Origin: a virus
Taxonomy: Duplodnaviria; Caudoviricetes
Length of the DNA stretch: 40,343 nt
Strand: one strand, 5' to 3'
Virus record (IMG/VR): IMGVR_UViG_3300022181_000124
Span: 1-40,343 of that record
The notes below the pieces were generated by a model. The model made no database searches, was not told the origin of the DNA, and saw nothing but the letters and a program-made list of their open reading frames with translations. Made by a program: the position numbers and the translations under genes. Below, piece after piece: positions 9,303-17,405 of this stretch; within the stretch, counting starts at the first letter, position 1; every line of letters starts with the position of its first letter.

Positions 9303-9786
9303 AACCGGCCTGACCCGGCGCATTCGGGAGTGGATGAAAGACCACAATGAGGCTTTCACATGCCGGCAGATATGCGACAGCCTGAACATTCCCCCCGGAC
9401 TTGAAAGAGGAAAGGTCCAGAGTGCGCTTCGGGAATTCCATATCCGGGGCGAACTGGTCCCTGTTCGGGACAAACGAATTCGGCGACAACCTGTTGCACG
9501 CTACCGCTACGTGTCTTCCAAAACATTCGGGAGGAGGCCTTCGGTGCTTCGCGGCAAAGTCCTCAAGGCCATGCGGATGATCAGCTTCCATGAGCCCTTC
9601 GCTGTGACGGACATCGAGCGTATCAGCGGAGCAAGAAAGAACTACATCCAAAGGATTATCTGCCGCCTCTGTGAAGAGGGGTATTTGAGGCAGGAAGGTT
9701 TCCGTCCCCACCCCTCCGGTAATGGACAGCAGCCTCTGTACCGGATCATCGACACGAACCGTTTCCGTCTGGAGGTCATGGAATGA
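9283..9786 (+). CDS. Hypothetical protein with tandem winged-HTH-like regions
   Basis: Overlaps both neighbours; basic; two wHTH-like segments. Confidence 0.65.
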   Translation: MSSGTPKTGLTRRIREWMKDHNEAFTCRQICDSLNIPPGLERGKVQSALREFHIRGELVPVRDKRIRRQPVARYRYVSSKTFGRRPSVLRGKVLKAMRMISFHEPFAVTDIERISGARKNYIQRIICRLCEEGYLRQEGFRPHPSGNGQQPLYRIIDTNRFRLEVME

Positions 9787-10271
9787 ATGCCGCAACGATC
9801 CCCGGGACGACCTTTCCCTTCCCTATTCACGAACGGAAAGGACCACCGCCCATCCGGTCGGACGCCCAGGCGAAGCAGCGCCGGGGGCTCCTGGCCAAGA
9901 TCCACATCGCCCGAAAGGAGATGGGGCTCAACGAAGGCGAGTACGAGATGATCCTCCGGGCGTTCAAGGTTTCCACGGCGGCGGATCTCACGCTCCCGCA
10001 ACTGGAAGACCTGGTGAAGCTCCTGAAGCATTATGGCTGGAAACCCGTCAAGACGCGGCGTCCCGCCGGCAGGGCGGAGCACATCGAGGCCCTGAGGTCC
10101 CGATGCCTGGAGCTGGCCGGCGAGATCCGGAACGGGGAGAAGCGCCTGGTGGGCCTGGCGGAACGGATCTGCGGGACCGGCCAGCTTGCCTGGTGCCGGG
10201 ATGCCGGCAAATTGGAGAGGCTTCTGGCTGTCCTGGGGAAGATCAAGGAAACAGAATCGGCGACAACCTGA
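9783..10271 (+). CDS. gemA: GemA/gp16 (DUF1018) family protein
   Basis: LLAKIHIARKEMGLNEGEYEMIL…STAADLT…GWKP signature. Confidence 0.88.
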   Translation: MNAATIPGTTFPFPIHERKGPPPIRSDAQAKQRRGLLAKIHIARKEMGLNEGEYEMILRAFKVSTAADLTLPQLEDLVKLLKHYGWKPVKTRRPAGRAEHIEALRSRCLELAGEIRNGEKRLVGLAERICGTGQLAWCRDAGKLERLLAVLGKIKETESATT

Positions 10272-10291
10272 CCGGAAAGGGAGGTTTCATC

Positions 10292-10690
10292 ATGACGGAA
10301 AACATCATCAACAGCCCGGACAATCGGATGCGGCTCCTGGGGAAACTGACGGAGCATATCGGCGCCCACAATGCTGTGGGCATGGCGGAACTATACGAGG
10401 CGGTCTTCGGCCGTCCCTGGAACCACAAGATCAACGACACCCGGGATCTGCGCCATCTCGTGACAATCCTGCGAGAAGAAGGGGTGCCCATCTGCTCCGT
10501 GTCTTCCCAGAGCGGCGGCGGGTACTACCTGGCCGCGGCAGGAAGCGAGCTGACAGACTACCTCCGCCGGGGGGAACGGCGGGCATTGTCCATCCTGTCC
10601 AGGAACGCCCGGATCAAGAAAATCTCTCTCCCCAATTACCTGGGGCAGATCAAGCTGGGCATGGAGGGGAAGCGTGAAGAAGCAGCCTGA
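10292..10690 (+). CDS. Hypothetical wHTH protein
   Basis: GGGAGG then ATG at 10292; HIGAHNAV…RDLRHLVTILREEGVPICS…GGYY pattern. Confidence 0.72.
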   Translation: MTENIINSPDNRMRLLGKLTEHIGAHNAVGMAELYEAVFGRPWNHKINDTRDLRHLVTILREEGVPICSVSSQSGGGYYLAAAGSELTDYLRRGERRALSILSRNARIKKISLPNYLGQIKLGMEGKREEAA

Positions 10691-11141
10691 ACCGATCGAC
10701 AAGGTCAAGAGCGAGGCCGAGGAGTTGCTGCTGGCCATCGCCGTCTCACAGACGGGCATCGACCTGCTGACGGAACAATTTAATGAGGAGCTCGAACGCC
10801 TGAAGGCTCATTACGAAGGGATGATGGCCCCGATGAAGGCCACAGTGGAACGGGACGGGAAAGCCCTCCAGGGTCTCATGAAGGCGAACAAGACGGTCCT
10901 CTTCGACGGGACGGACGTCGTTCGCCTAGTCAACGGCACCCTGATCCGGGAGGCCGGCGACAAGGTGACCATCCCCAAGACCGCCCTGGCCAAGTGCGAG
11001 GAGTTGGGCCTCACGGACGTGATCAAGACCGTCAAGAGCCTGGACCGCGATGCCGTTGAGAAATGGCCCGACGAGCGCCTCTTCCTGATCGGCGCCACAC
11101 GGAAACCCGGCGAGAAATTTGAGTACGAGCTGAAACGATGA
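10674..11141 (+). CDS. gam: Mu Gam-like host-nuclease inhibitor (DNA end-binding)
   Basis: Coiled-coil N-terminus then GTL…VIKTVKSLDRDAV…FEYE Gam-family layout; early operon position. Confidence 0.8.
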   Translation: MKKQPEPIDKVKSEAEELLLAIAVSQTGIDLLTEQFNEELERLKAHYEGMMAPMKATVERDGKALQGLMKANKTVLFDGTDVVRLVNGTLIREAGDKVTIPKTALAKCEELGLTDVIKTVKSLDRDAVEKWPDERLFLIGATRKPGEKFEYELKR

Positions 11142-11719
11142 AATTTCGGTGTCCCCACTGTTCCAGGGAATATGACTACCTGGAGATCCGGCTGGAGGAA
11201 GATCTCCTGGCCATCATCAAGATGCAGACCGTCTTCGGCAAGCACACCCACCTGGTCTGGGCCTACACAGAGCTTTTCGGCATCCGGCCCATGCGATCCA
11301 GGATGAAGAAGATCCGGGTCCTGCAGGAAGAACTGAAGAACCTCTTCCAGGCAGAAGCCTTCTTATATAATCGCCGGACGTACCGGATCAGCACTCAGGG
11401 TATCGCCGAGTCTCTGAATATTATCGTCCACCGCCACTTTGACGACCCCCTAGAGAACCACAACTATCTGAAGAAGATCATGATCACGATCGCCGAACGG
11501 GAGGCTCGGGAGGCTGGGCGATCAACTGAAAAGGGGCTGAAACACCAGGAGGAGATACAGAGGGCGGGAGGTGGTCGGAAGAACAACGACCACGTCTCCG
11601 AACAACGGGTGGAGCTTCCGTCCATCGGCTTGGACATGCCTGTGATTGCGCTCACAGATGAACAGATCGAGGAAAACAAGCGGCGGGTCAAAGGACTGCT
11701 CGCGTCCTTGGGCGGGTGA
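11138..11719 (+). CDS. Hypothetical phage protein with N-terminal CxxC
   Basis: MKFRCPHC…PLENHNYLKK; ATGA overlap with gam. Confidence 0.7.
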   Translation: MKFRCPHCSREYDYLEIRLEEDLLAIIKMQTVFGKHTHLVWAYTELFGIRPMRSRMKKIRVLQEELKNLFQAEAFLYNRRTYRISTQGIAESLNIIVHRHFDDPLENHNYLKKIMITIAEREAREAGRSTEKGLKHQEEIQRAGGGRKNNDHVSEQRVELPSIGLDMPVIALTDEQIEENKRRVKGLLASLGG

Positions 11720-11898
11720 TCATGAAGAGCAGGGTGAATTCTCTACCGAAAATTGGTAACTGCCTAAGGGTAAGCAAAGGACTCGCGGTTCTCCCTGAAA
11801 TCCGCTGTCCTCGCTGCCGACGTCTGCTTTTGAAGGGCGAGGTGAAGAGTCTAGAGATCAAATGCCCGAAATGCGGCTGTTATCTTCGACTGGTTTGA
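11716..11898 (+). CDS. com: Com-family zinc-ribbon regulator
   Basis: EIRCPRCRRLLLKG…LEIKCPKCG Mu-like Com signature; exact start uncertain. Confidence 0.82.
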   Translation: MIMKSRVNSLPKIGNCLRVSKGLAVLPEIRCPRCRRLLLKGEVKSLEIKCPKCGCYLRLV

Positions 11899-11966
11899 AA
11901 CTATGCATTAATTAGATATCTAAATTATTAATATTTATAAGAAGAGAACAACAAATCTACTCAGGA

Positions 11967-13040
11967 TTATACACTCGAACTCCTTGTAATGAATCTTCTT
12001 TGAAGCATTCTGATAGTCGGTTTCTCGATTTTATAATGAACAAATATAGCAATAATACATGACATGATGAGCGCAACAAACATTCCAATTATTGTGTCTG
12101 TCTTCAGGATAGGTATCATCTTAATTGAGAGAGGTTGTTGTATTCCTATCCATACGGTATGAGTAAGGTATAAGGCGTAAGAGGCATCGCCTAAAATTAT
12201 TGATGGCTTCCAAGCGTATCGTAAGCCAGATGAGTGTAAAAGTAATGCCATCAAAATGACACTGAATGGAATTATGTACGACGAATAATAACGATGACAC
12301 CCGAATGTATTTATAGCCAAATATGCACACAGTACAACAAAACCAATAGGAAAAAGGACAAGTTTTTTTCTTAGAAAATGAATTCTACCAAGTATCAACC
12401 AAGCGTAATACGAGAAAACACCAAGAATGAAGAAAGTTGTATAACCGTGGCTATAAAAATCAAGAACCTTGCTACTATGAGTTAATGAAAAATCAAGAAC
12501 CTTTATTCCAATGAGTACGAAGCATGCTAGTATTGTTGCCCTCTTTGTTTTAAAAAGCAACATAACTCCTATGATTAAATAAAAAAGCATTTCAAGATTC
12601 AGAGTCCATCCGACTTCTAAATAAGGATGTAAATTCCCTGCCTCATTCTGGTAAGGAATGAAGAAAAAGCTCTTTAATAAAACTAAAAAGTGTGATGAGA
12701 ATGCCCCTGCGTTGCCTACCAAAAGATTGATGAAACCCGCTTCATTCAGTGAATCACGATTGTGTAAAAAATGCCCCATGGTTGGAAACAGAAGGCTAAA
12801 GCAGAGAAACGCAACTGCAGTTATAATCCAATACAAAGGAACGATTCTTATTATTCGACGTATAAGGAATTTATTATCTGCATCTTGGGTAATATATGTC
12901 ATTATAAATCCGCTAATAACAAAGAAAATACTTACACCTTGAAAATCTGTATGAACATTTTTATAAAGCAAAAATCCTGTGTGGTAGTAAACAACGGCCA
13001 AAGCGGCCACCCCACGCAAGACTTGAATATTATGAATCAT
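11967..13040 (-). CDS. Acyltransferase-3 (OafA-like) membrane O-acyltransferase moron
   Basis: IQVLRGVAALAVVYYH, GVSIFFVISGFIM, RIVPLYW, GWTLNLEMLFY, LGDASYALYLTH, IEKP motifs; multi-TM; AT-rich, antisense. Confidence 0.92.
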   Translation of the reverse strand: MIHNIQVLRGVAALAVVYYHTGFLLYKNVHTDFQGVSIFFVISGFIMTYITQDADNKFLIRRIIRIVPLYWIITAVAFLCFSLLFPTMGHFLHNRDSLNEAGFINLLVGNAGAFSSHFLVLLKSFFFIPYQNEAGNLHPYLEVGWTLNLEMLFYLIIGVMLLFKTKRATILACFVLIGIKVLDFSLTHSSKVLDFYSHGYTTFFILGVFSYYAWLILGRIHFLRKKLVLFPIGFVVLCAYLAINTFGCHRYYSSYIIPFSVILMALLLHSSGLRYAWKPSIILGDASYALYLTHTVWIGIQQPLSIKMIPILKTDTIIGMFVALIMSCIIAIFVHYKIEKPTIRMLQRRFITRSSSV

Positions 13041-13091
13041 TGTTATCTTTCAGATGGATGAGATATTGTTATTTTGTAAACAAAAAACCGC

Positions 13092-13119
13092 TTGACTTAT
13101 GACAACAATATCGTAAAAT
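13092..13119 (+). promoter_or_regulatory. sigma70-type late promoter
   Basis: TTGACT-16 bp-TAAAAT with upstream A-tract, pointing into the lysis/head operon. Confidence 0.65.
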
Positions 13120-13199
13120 TACAATCACATTTTCGAGCGGTCAGACCGCCTATAATTGCGCAGCCGCCTGATTGATTCGGTGGCGGAGAGAGGCTCACG

Positions 13200-13247
13200 A
13201 AGCCCGGTTCCGGAGACAACGTCTCCGGGGCCGGGCTTTTTTGTTTT
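13200..13247 (+). terminator. Intrinsic terminator in the late leader
   Basis: AAGCCCGGTTCCGGAGAC-AAC-GTCTCCGGGGCCGGGCTT stem followed by a T-rich tract. Confidence 0.85.
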
Positions 13248-13253
13248 CTACAC

Positions 13254-13448
13254 ATGGCCGACGACGACACGATCAACATGCTCTACCAGGCTCGACTCAG
13301 CGCCCGCATTGCCCGGGATCACTTTGCCGGATCCGCGGTCTACACCCGGGAGCAGGTGCTGGCCGAGCTGGAGGACGCGGGAACCATCCTGACGTACCTG
13401 ATCCTGAACCACAAGCACCGGAGGGACGATGGCCAGCCGCAATCCTGA
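13254..13448 (+). CDS. Small hypothetical protein
   Basis: 64-aa ORF overlapping the endolysin start; phage-like codon usage; no clear SD. Confidence 0.45.
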   Translation: MADDDTINMLYQARLSARIARDHFAGSAVYTREQVLAELEDAGTILTYLILNHKHRRDDGQPQS

Positions 13449-13905
13449 AGACCTGACTCCGGCCCTGCAGGCAAAGTTCCGGCTCTTCGACGAGCGGATG
13501 AGGGCGGCGGGAATCCCCTACCGCCTCACCTGCACGGCCAGGACGGTCAAGGAACAGATCGCCCTGTATGCCCAGGGCCGTGAAGCACTGCCCAAAACGA
13601 ACTTGCTCAGGAAGTTGGCTGGGCTGCTCCCCATTAAATTATTCGAGAACCGGAAGAAGGTCACCTGGACCCTGGCTTCAAAGCACATCGTAGACCTGGA
13701 CGACGGGAACCCGGACAACGACAAGGCCCGGGCCTTCGATATCGCCATCGAGAAGGACCGGCAGCCCAGTTGGGATCTCAAGGCCGACGTCAACGACAAT
13801 GACATCCCTGATTACGTGGAAGCCGGCCGGATTGGAGAATCCGTCGGCCTCAAATGGGGCGGCCGCTTCCGGAAGCCCGACTACGTCCATTTTGAGCTGA
13901 CCTGA
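13429..13905 (+). CDS. Endolysin, M15 family peptidase
   Basis: RTVKEQIALYAQGR, SKH…AFD, WGGRF…DYVHFE motifs. Confidence 0.9.
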   Translation: MASRNPEDLTPALQAKFRLFDERMRAAGIPYRLTCTARTVKEQIALYAQGREALPKTNLLRKLAGLLPIKLFENRKKVTWTLASKHIVDLDDGNPDNDKARAFDIAIEKDRQPSWDLKADVNDNDIPDYVEAGRIGESVGLKWGGRFRKPDYVHFELT

Positions 13906-13919
13906 CGGGGGGGTGAATT

Positions 13920-14453
13920 ATGAAGGACCCGAACCGTGTTCTGACCATTGAAGACATCCTGGAGATCCAGACGTTCCCGATGATTGTCTTCTCGGATGCC
14001 CTCTGTTCCTGGATCGGGACAGCCATCAAGGTCCACCAGGCCTGGAGCTACAACCACGTCATGTGGCTCAAGGCGCCCGGCGTTCTGGCCTCCCAGGATG
14101 CGACGTTTAAGACGGTTCCCCTCTCTGATTATCTCCAGGGCGCCCACCGCTTGAAGTTCTGGACCAATCCCCGGTGGAGCAACGAAGAGCGGCTGCGGAT
14201 CCTTCATGCCATCGAAGCGGATCTTGAGCTTCCCTGGTACCGCCGCCTGTACGACCCCGTGGCGATCGTCGGCCAGGCCCTGCACCTGGACTGGATCCAA
14301 CTCCCCTGGGTCAACATCTGCTCCGACCGGGCCGGCTACCTCTCCCTGGTGGACCCCGAATACAACCTGAAGCACCCCGACCCGGCCGACGTGAACCGCT
14401 GGCTGGATTCCCGGGGCATTTACGACGTCTACGGCCGGTTTATCCCGGACTGA
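13920..14453 (+). CDS. Permuted papain-like (NlpC/P60, YiiX/YebB-like) protein
   Basis: N-terminal YNHV His precedes YD…NICS Cys, and HPDP near the end. Confidence 0.6.
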   Translation: MKDPNRVLTIEDILEIQTFPMIVFSDALCSWIGTAIKVHQAWSYNHVMWLKAPGVLASQDATFKTVPLSDYLQGAHRLKFWTNPRWSNEERLRILHAIEADLELPWYRRLYDPVAIVGQALHLDWIQLPWVNICSDRAGYLSLVDPEYNLKHPDPADVNRWLDSRGIYDVYGRFIPD

Positions 14454-14461
14454 GAACGATC

Positions 14462-14722
14462 ATGGACGACATCGACCTAGCCCAACAGCACGACGAAATG
14501 TACCGGCAGCAGGCCCTGAAGGCCCACTTCGCCGGACGGCCGAATACCCTCCTTGAAGAGTGCCAAAGGCCCGGCCCGCATCCGCAAGGGGCGGGACCGG
14601 GCCGGAGGCTGTGCCGGCGGTGCGGCGAGGAGATCGAGCCGGAGCGGCTGGAGGCGGTCCCCGAGGCAACCCTGTGTGTCGACTGCCAGCGGAGCCGGGA
14701 AAGGGGGCGCCGGCATGGGTGA
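14462..14722 (+). CDS. TraR/DksA C4 zinc-finger protein
   Basis: MDDIDLAQ…CRRCGEEIEPERLEAVP…CVDCQ. Confidence 0.9.
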   Translation: MDDIDLAQQHDEMYRQQALKAHFAGRPNTLLEECQRPGPHPQGAGPGRRLCRRCGEEIEPERLEAVPEATLCVDCQRSRERGRRHG

Positions 14723-15029
14723 GCAGTGGCCGCTCTTCCTGTTCCTGGCGGGCCTTGTGGCGGCCTGGAGCCTGATCCTTCTGGGAGTCGTGAAGGCATG
14801 GATGAACCGAAACCAGGAGGAGACCGACAAACGCTTCACCGGCGCGGGAGAGACCGCCAAGGACTATGCCCGGCTGGAACGGTCCTTCCTGGAGCTGAAG
14901 GCGGAGCTGCCGCTTCAGTACGTGCGGAAGGAGGACGACATCCGGCAGCAGGTGACCATCAACGCCAAGCTGGACCGGCTGGCGGAGAAGATCGACGAGC
15001 TTCGAGCAATGAGAGGATCCGATGAGTGA
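14715..15029 (+). CDS. Mu gp25-like membrane/coiled-coil protein
   Basis: N-terminal TM helix, ELPLQYVRKED motif, position upstream of gp26/gp27. Confidence 0.7.
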   Translation: MGEQWPLFLFLAGLVAAWSLILLGVVKAWMNRNQEETDKRFTGAGETAKDYARLERSFLELKAELPLQYVRKEDDIRQQVTINAKLDRLAEKIDELRAMRGSDE

Positions 15030-15336
15030 AATCGACCTGAAGAAGGTGCAGCGCGAGAGCACCCGCTGGCTGATCCTGGCGACCCTCGACGCGGCCCGGC
15101 CCATCGGCGCCAACGAGCGGCTGATCCTGTCTACGGTCCAGGAAGTGATCCGGGACGTGACCCTCCTCGATATCCGCCGGGAGCTCGACTACCTGGACCA
15201 CCGGAGACTCCTGGAGATCAAGGGAAAGGACACCTGCCACGGCTGGACCGCGGAGCTGACCCGGGACGGCGTTGATGTCGTCGAGTACACCGTGGAATGC
15301 GATCCCGGCATCGCCCGGCCGAAAAAGTGGTGGTGA
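15022..15336 (+). CDS. Mu gp26-like protein
   Basis: RWLILATL…ELDYL…LTRDGVDVV…PGIARP. Confidence 0.82.
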   Translation: MSEIDLKKVQRESTRWLILATLDAARPIGANERLILSTVQEVIRDVTLLDIRRELDYLDHRRLLEIKGKDTCHGWTAELTRDGVDVVEYTVECDPGIARPKKWW

Positions 15337-15338
15337 GC

Positions 15339-15860
15339 ATGCCGGCGCGATCGAAGATCACGAAACTGCCCCCGGAGGTGAAGGCCGAGCTGGACCGGCG
15401 CCTGATCGGCGGCGGCTTTGCCGACTACACCTCCCTGGCCGATTGGCTGGGGGAGCAGGGCTTCGAGATCTCCCGTTCGGCGATCCACCGCTACGGCCAG
15501 GAGTTCGAGGAGAAGCTCTCGGCCCTCCGGATCGCCACGGAGCAGGCCCGGGCCATCACCGAGGCCGTGGGGGACGAAGAGGGCGTCATGGGCGACGCCC
15601 TGACCCGCCTCTGCCAGGAGAAGGCCTTCCAGGTCCTGGTGGAGATGCAGTCCTTGGATCCGGAAAGCATCGACTTCAACAAGCTGACCGTGGCCGTGGC
15701 CAAGCTGAACAAGACCTCCGTGGATCAGAAGAAGTGGATGGCGGAAGTCCGGTCCAAGGCCCGGGCCGCCGCAGATGAAGTGGTCCAGACGGCCAAGCAG
15801 GGCGGGCTCTCGGAAGAGAAGGCCGAGGAGATCCGCCGGCGGATTCTGGGGATCGTATGA
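15339..15860 (+). CDS. Terminase small subunit (gp27/DUF3486)
   Basis: RSKITKLPPEV…ISRSAIHRYG…GLSEE…IRRRILGI. Confidence 0.88.
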   Translation: MPARSKITKLPPEVKAELDRRLIGGGFADYTSLADWLGEQGFEISRSAIHRYGQEFEEKLSALRIATEQARAITEAVGDEEGVMGDALTRLCQEKAFQVLVEMQSLDPESIDFNKLTVAVAKLNKTSVDQKKWMAEVRSKARAAADEVVQTAKQGGLSEEKAEEIRRRILGIV

Positions 15861-17404
15861 CAGTGGGCACCCTCCAGAACGATTTCGACCAGGCCCGGCA
15901 GGGGATGGGAATCCTCCTTCCCTACCAGGGGCGCTGGGCGGCCGATCGCGCCCCCGTCAAGGTCATGGAGAAGTCCCGCCGGATCGGGATCTCCTGGGGC
16001 GAGGCGGCGGACTCCACCCTGTACGCCTCCGAACGGGGCAAGGGGGAGAAACGGAACGTCTGGTACATCGGCTACACGAAGGACATGGCCCTGGAGTTCA
16101 TCAACGACTGCGCAAATTGGGCCAGGGCCTACAACCTGGCCGCCTCCGGGATGGAGGAATACGAAGAGGTCGACCAGGAGGAGTACGAAGGCGTCGTCCA
16201 GGAGAAGAAGATCCTGGCCTTCCGGATCACCTTCCAGTCGGGCTGGCGGATCACGGCGCTTTCCAGCCGGCCCTCGAACCTTCGCGGGAAGCAGGGCCGG
16301 GTGATCATCGACGAGGCGGCCTTCCACGACGACCTGGCGGGGCTCCTGAAGGCAGCCCTGGCGCTTCTCATCTGGGGCGGCGAGGTCCGGATCATCTCCA
16401 CCCACAACGGCGACGACAACCCCTTCAACGGCCTGGTCCAGGACATCCGGTCCGGCCGGAAGCCTTACAGCCTCCACCGGGTGGATTTCGACGAGGCCCT
16501 GGCGGACGGGCTTTATCGCCGGATCTGCGAGGTCCTGGGGCGGCCCTGGAGTCCCGAGGCCGAGGCGACCTGGCGCCAGGAGGTGATCGACTTCTACGGC
16601 GAGGATGCCGAGGAGGAGCTGTTCTGCGTCCCCAGCCAGGGGAGCGGCACCTTCCTGACCCGCGCCCTCATTGAGACCTGCCTGTCCGAAGAGATCCCGG
16701 TGATCCGGTACGAGCAGCCGAAATCCTTCGCCGAGCTGGCGGACCACCTCCGCTATGCCGAGGTCCGGGACTGGTGCGAGGAGACCCTGCTTCCCCTCCT
16801 GAAACCCCTGCGGTGGGAGTGCAATTCCGTGGTGGGCGAGGACTTCGGCCGGACCGGCGACCTGTCCGTCTTCATTCCTCTGGAGGAACAACAGAACGCC
16901 AACTGGAGGGCCGTCTTCCACCTGGAGCTCCGGAACATGCCGTTCCAGCAGCAGGAACAGATCCTCTACTACATCTGCGACCGCCTCCCGCGGTTCCGCT
17001 ACGGCGCCTTCGATGCCCGGGGGAACGGCCAGTACCTGGCCGAACGGGCCATGCAGCGCTACGGCGCCTCCCGGATCGCCCAGGTCATGCTGACGGAGCC
17101 CTGGTACCGGGAGAACATGCCCCGTTACAAGGCGGCCTTTGAAGACCGGGCCATCCTCCTGGCGAAGGACGCCGACGTCATCGAGGACCACCGGGCCTTC
17201 AAGGTGGTCCGGGGCGTGGCGAAGCTGCCGGAGACGAAGACTAAGGGCCAGGACAAAAAGCAGCGCCACGGGGACTCCGGCATCGCGGGGGCGATGGCCT
17301 GGCATGCCGTCCACACCGAATGGGGCGGGGACATCGAGTTCGAGTCCACCGGCGTCCGGCGCACGACCGCCGGGACCAGCATGGCAAACTACATGAGGCA
17401 GTGA
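15857..17404 (+). CDS. Terminase large subunit (gp28-like)
   Basis: EKSRRIGISW, VIIDEAAF, ISTHNG, DFGRTGD, HGDSGIA motifs. Confidence 0.95.
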   Translation: MTVGTLQNDFDQARQGMGILLPYQGRWAADRAPVKVMEKSRRIGISWGEAADSTLYASERGKGEKRNVWYIGYTKDMALEFINDCANWARAYNLAASGMEEYEEVDQEEYEGVVQEKKILAFRITFQSGWRITALSSRPSNLRGKQGRVIIDEAAFHDDLAGLLKAALALLIWGGEVRIISTHNGDDNPFNGLVQDIRSGRKPYSLHRVDFDEALADGLYRRICEVLGRPWSPEAEATWRQEVIDFYGEDAEEELFCVPSQGSGTFLTRALIETCLSEEIPVIRYEQPKSFAELADHLRYAEVRDWCEETLLPLLKPLRWECNSVVGEDFGRTGDLSVFIPLEEQQNANWRAVFHLELRNMPFQQQEQILYYICDRLPRFRYGAFDARGNGQYLAERAMQRYGASRIAQVMLTEPWYRENMPRYKAAFEDRAILLAKDADVIEDHRAFKVVRGVAKLPETKTKGQDKKQRHGDSGIAGAMAWHAVHTEWGGDIEFESTGVRRTTAGTSMANYMRQ

Positions 17405-17405
17405 C

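Noticed and set aside
7020-9473. 817-aa antisense ORF, and similar long minus-strand ORFs at 15725-17551, 17241-18890, 21690-23525, 26524-28533, 34374-36293 and 38535-40130
   Set aside because: Mirror frames of well-supported GC-rich genes; no motifs or SD.
9722-10291. 5' extension of the 322-aa ORF
   Set aside because: Overlaps gemA out of frame; a strong SD supports the start at 10292.
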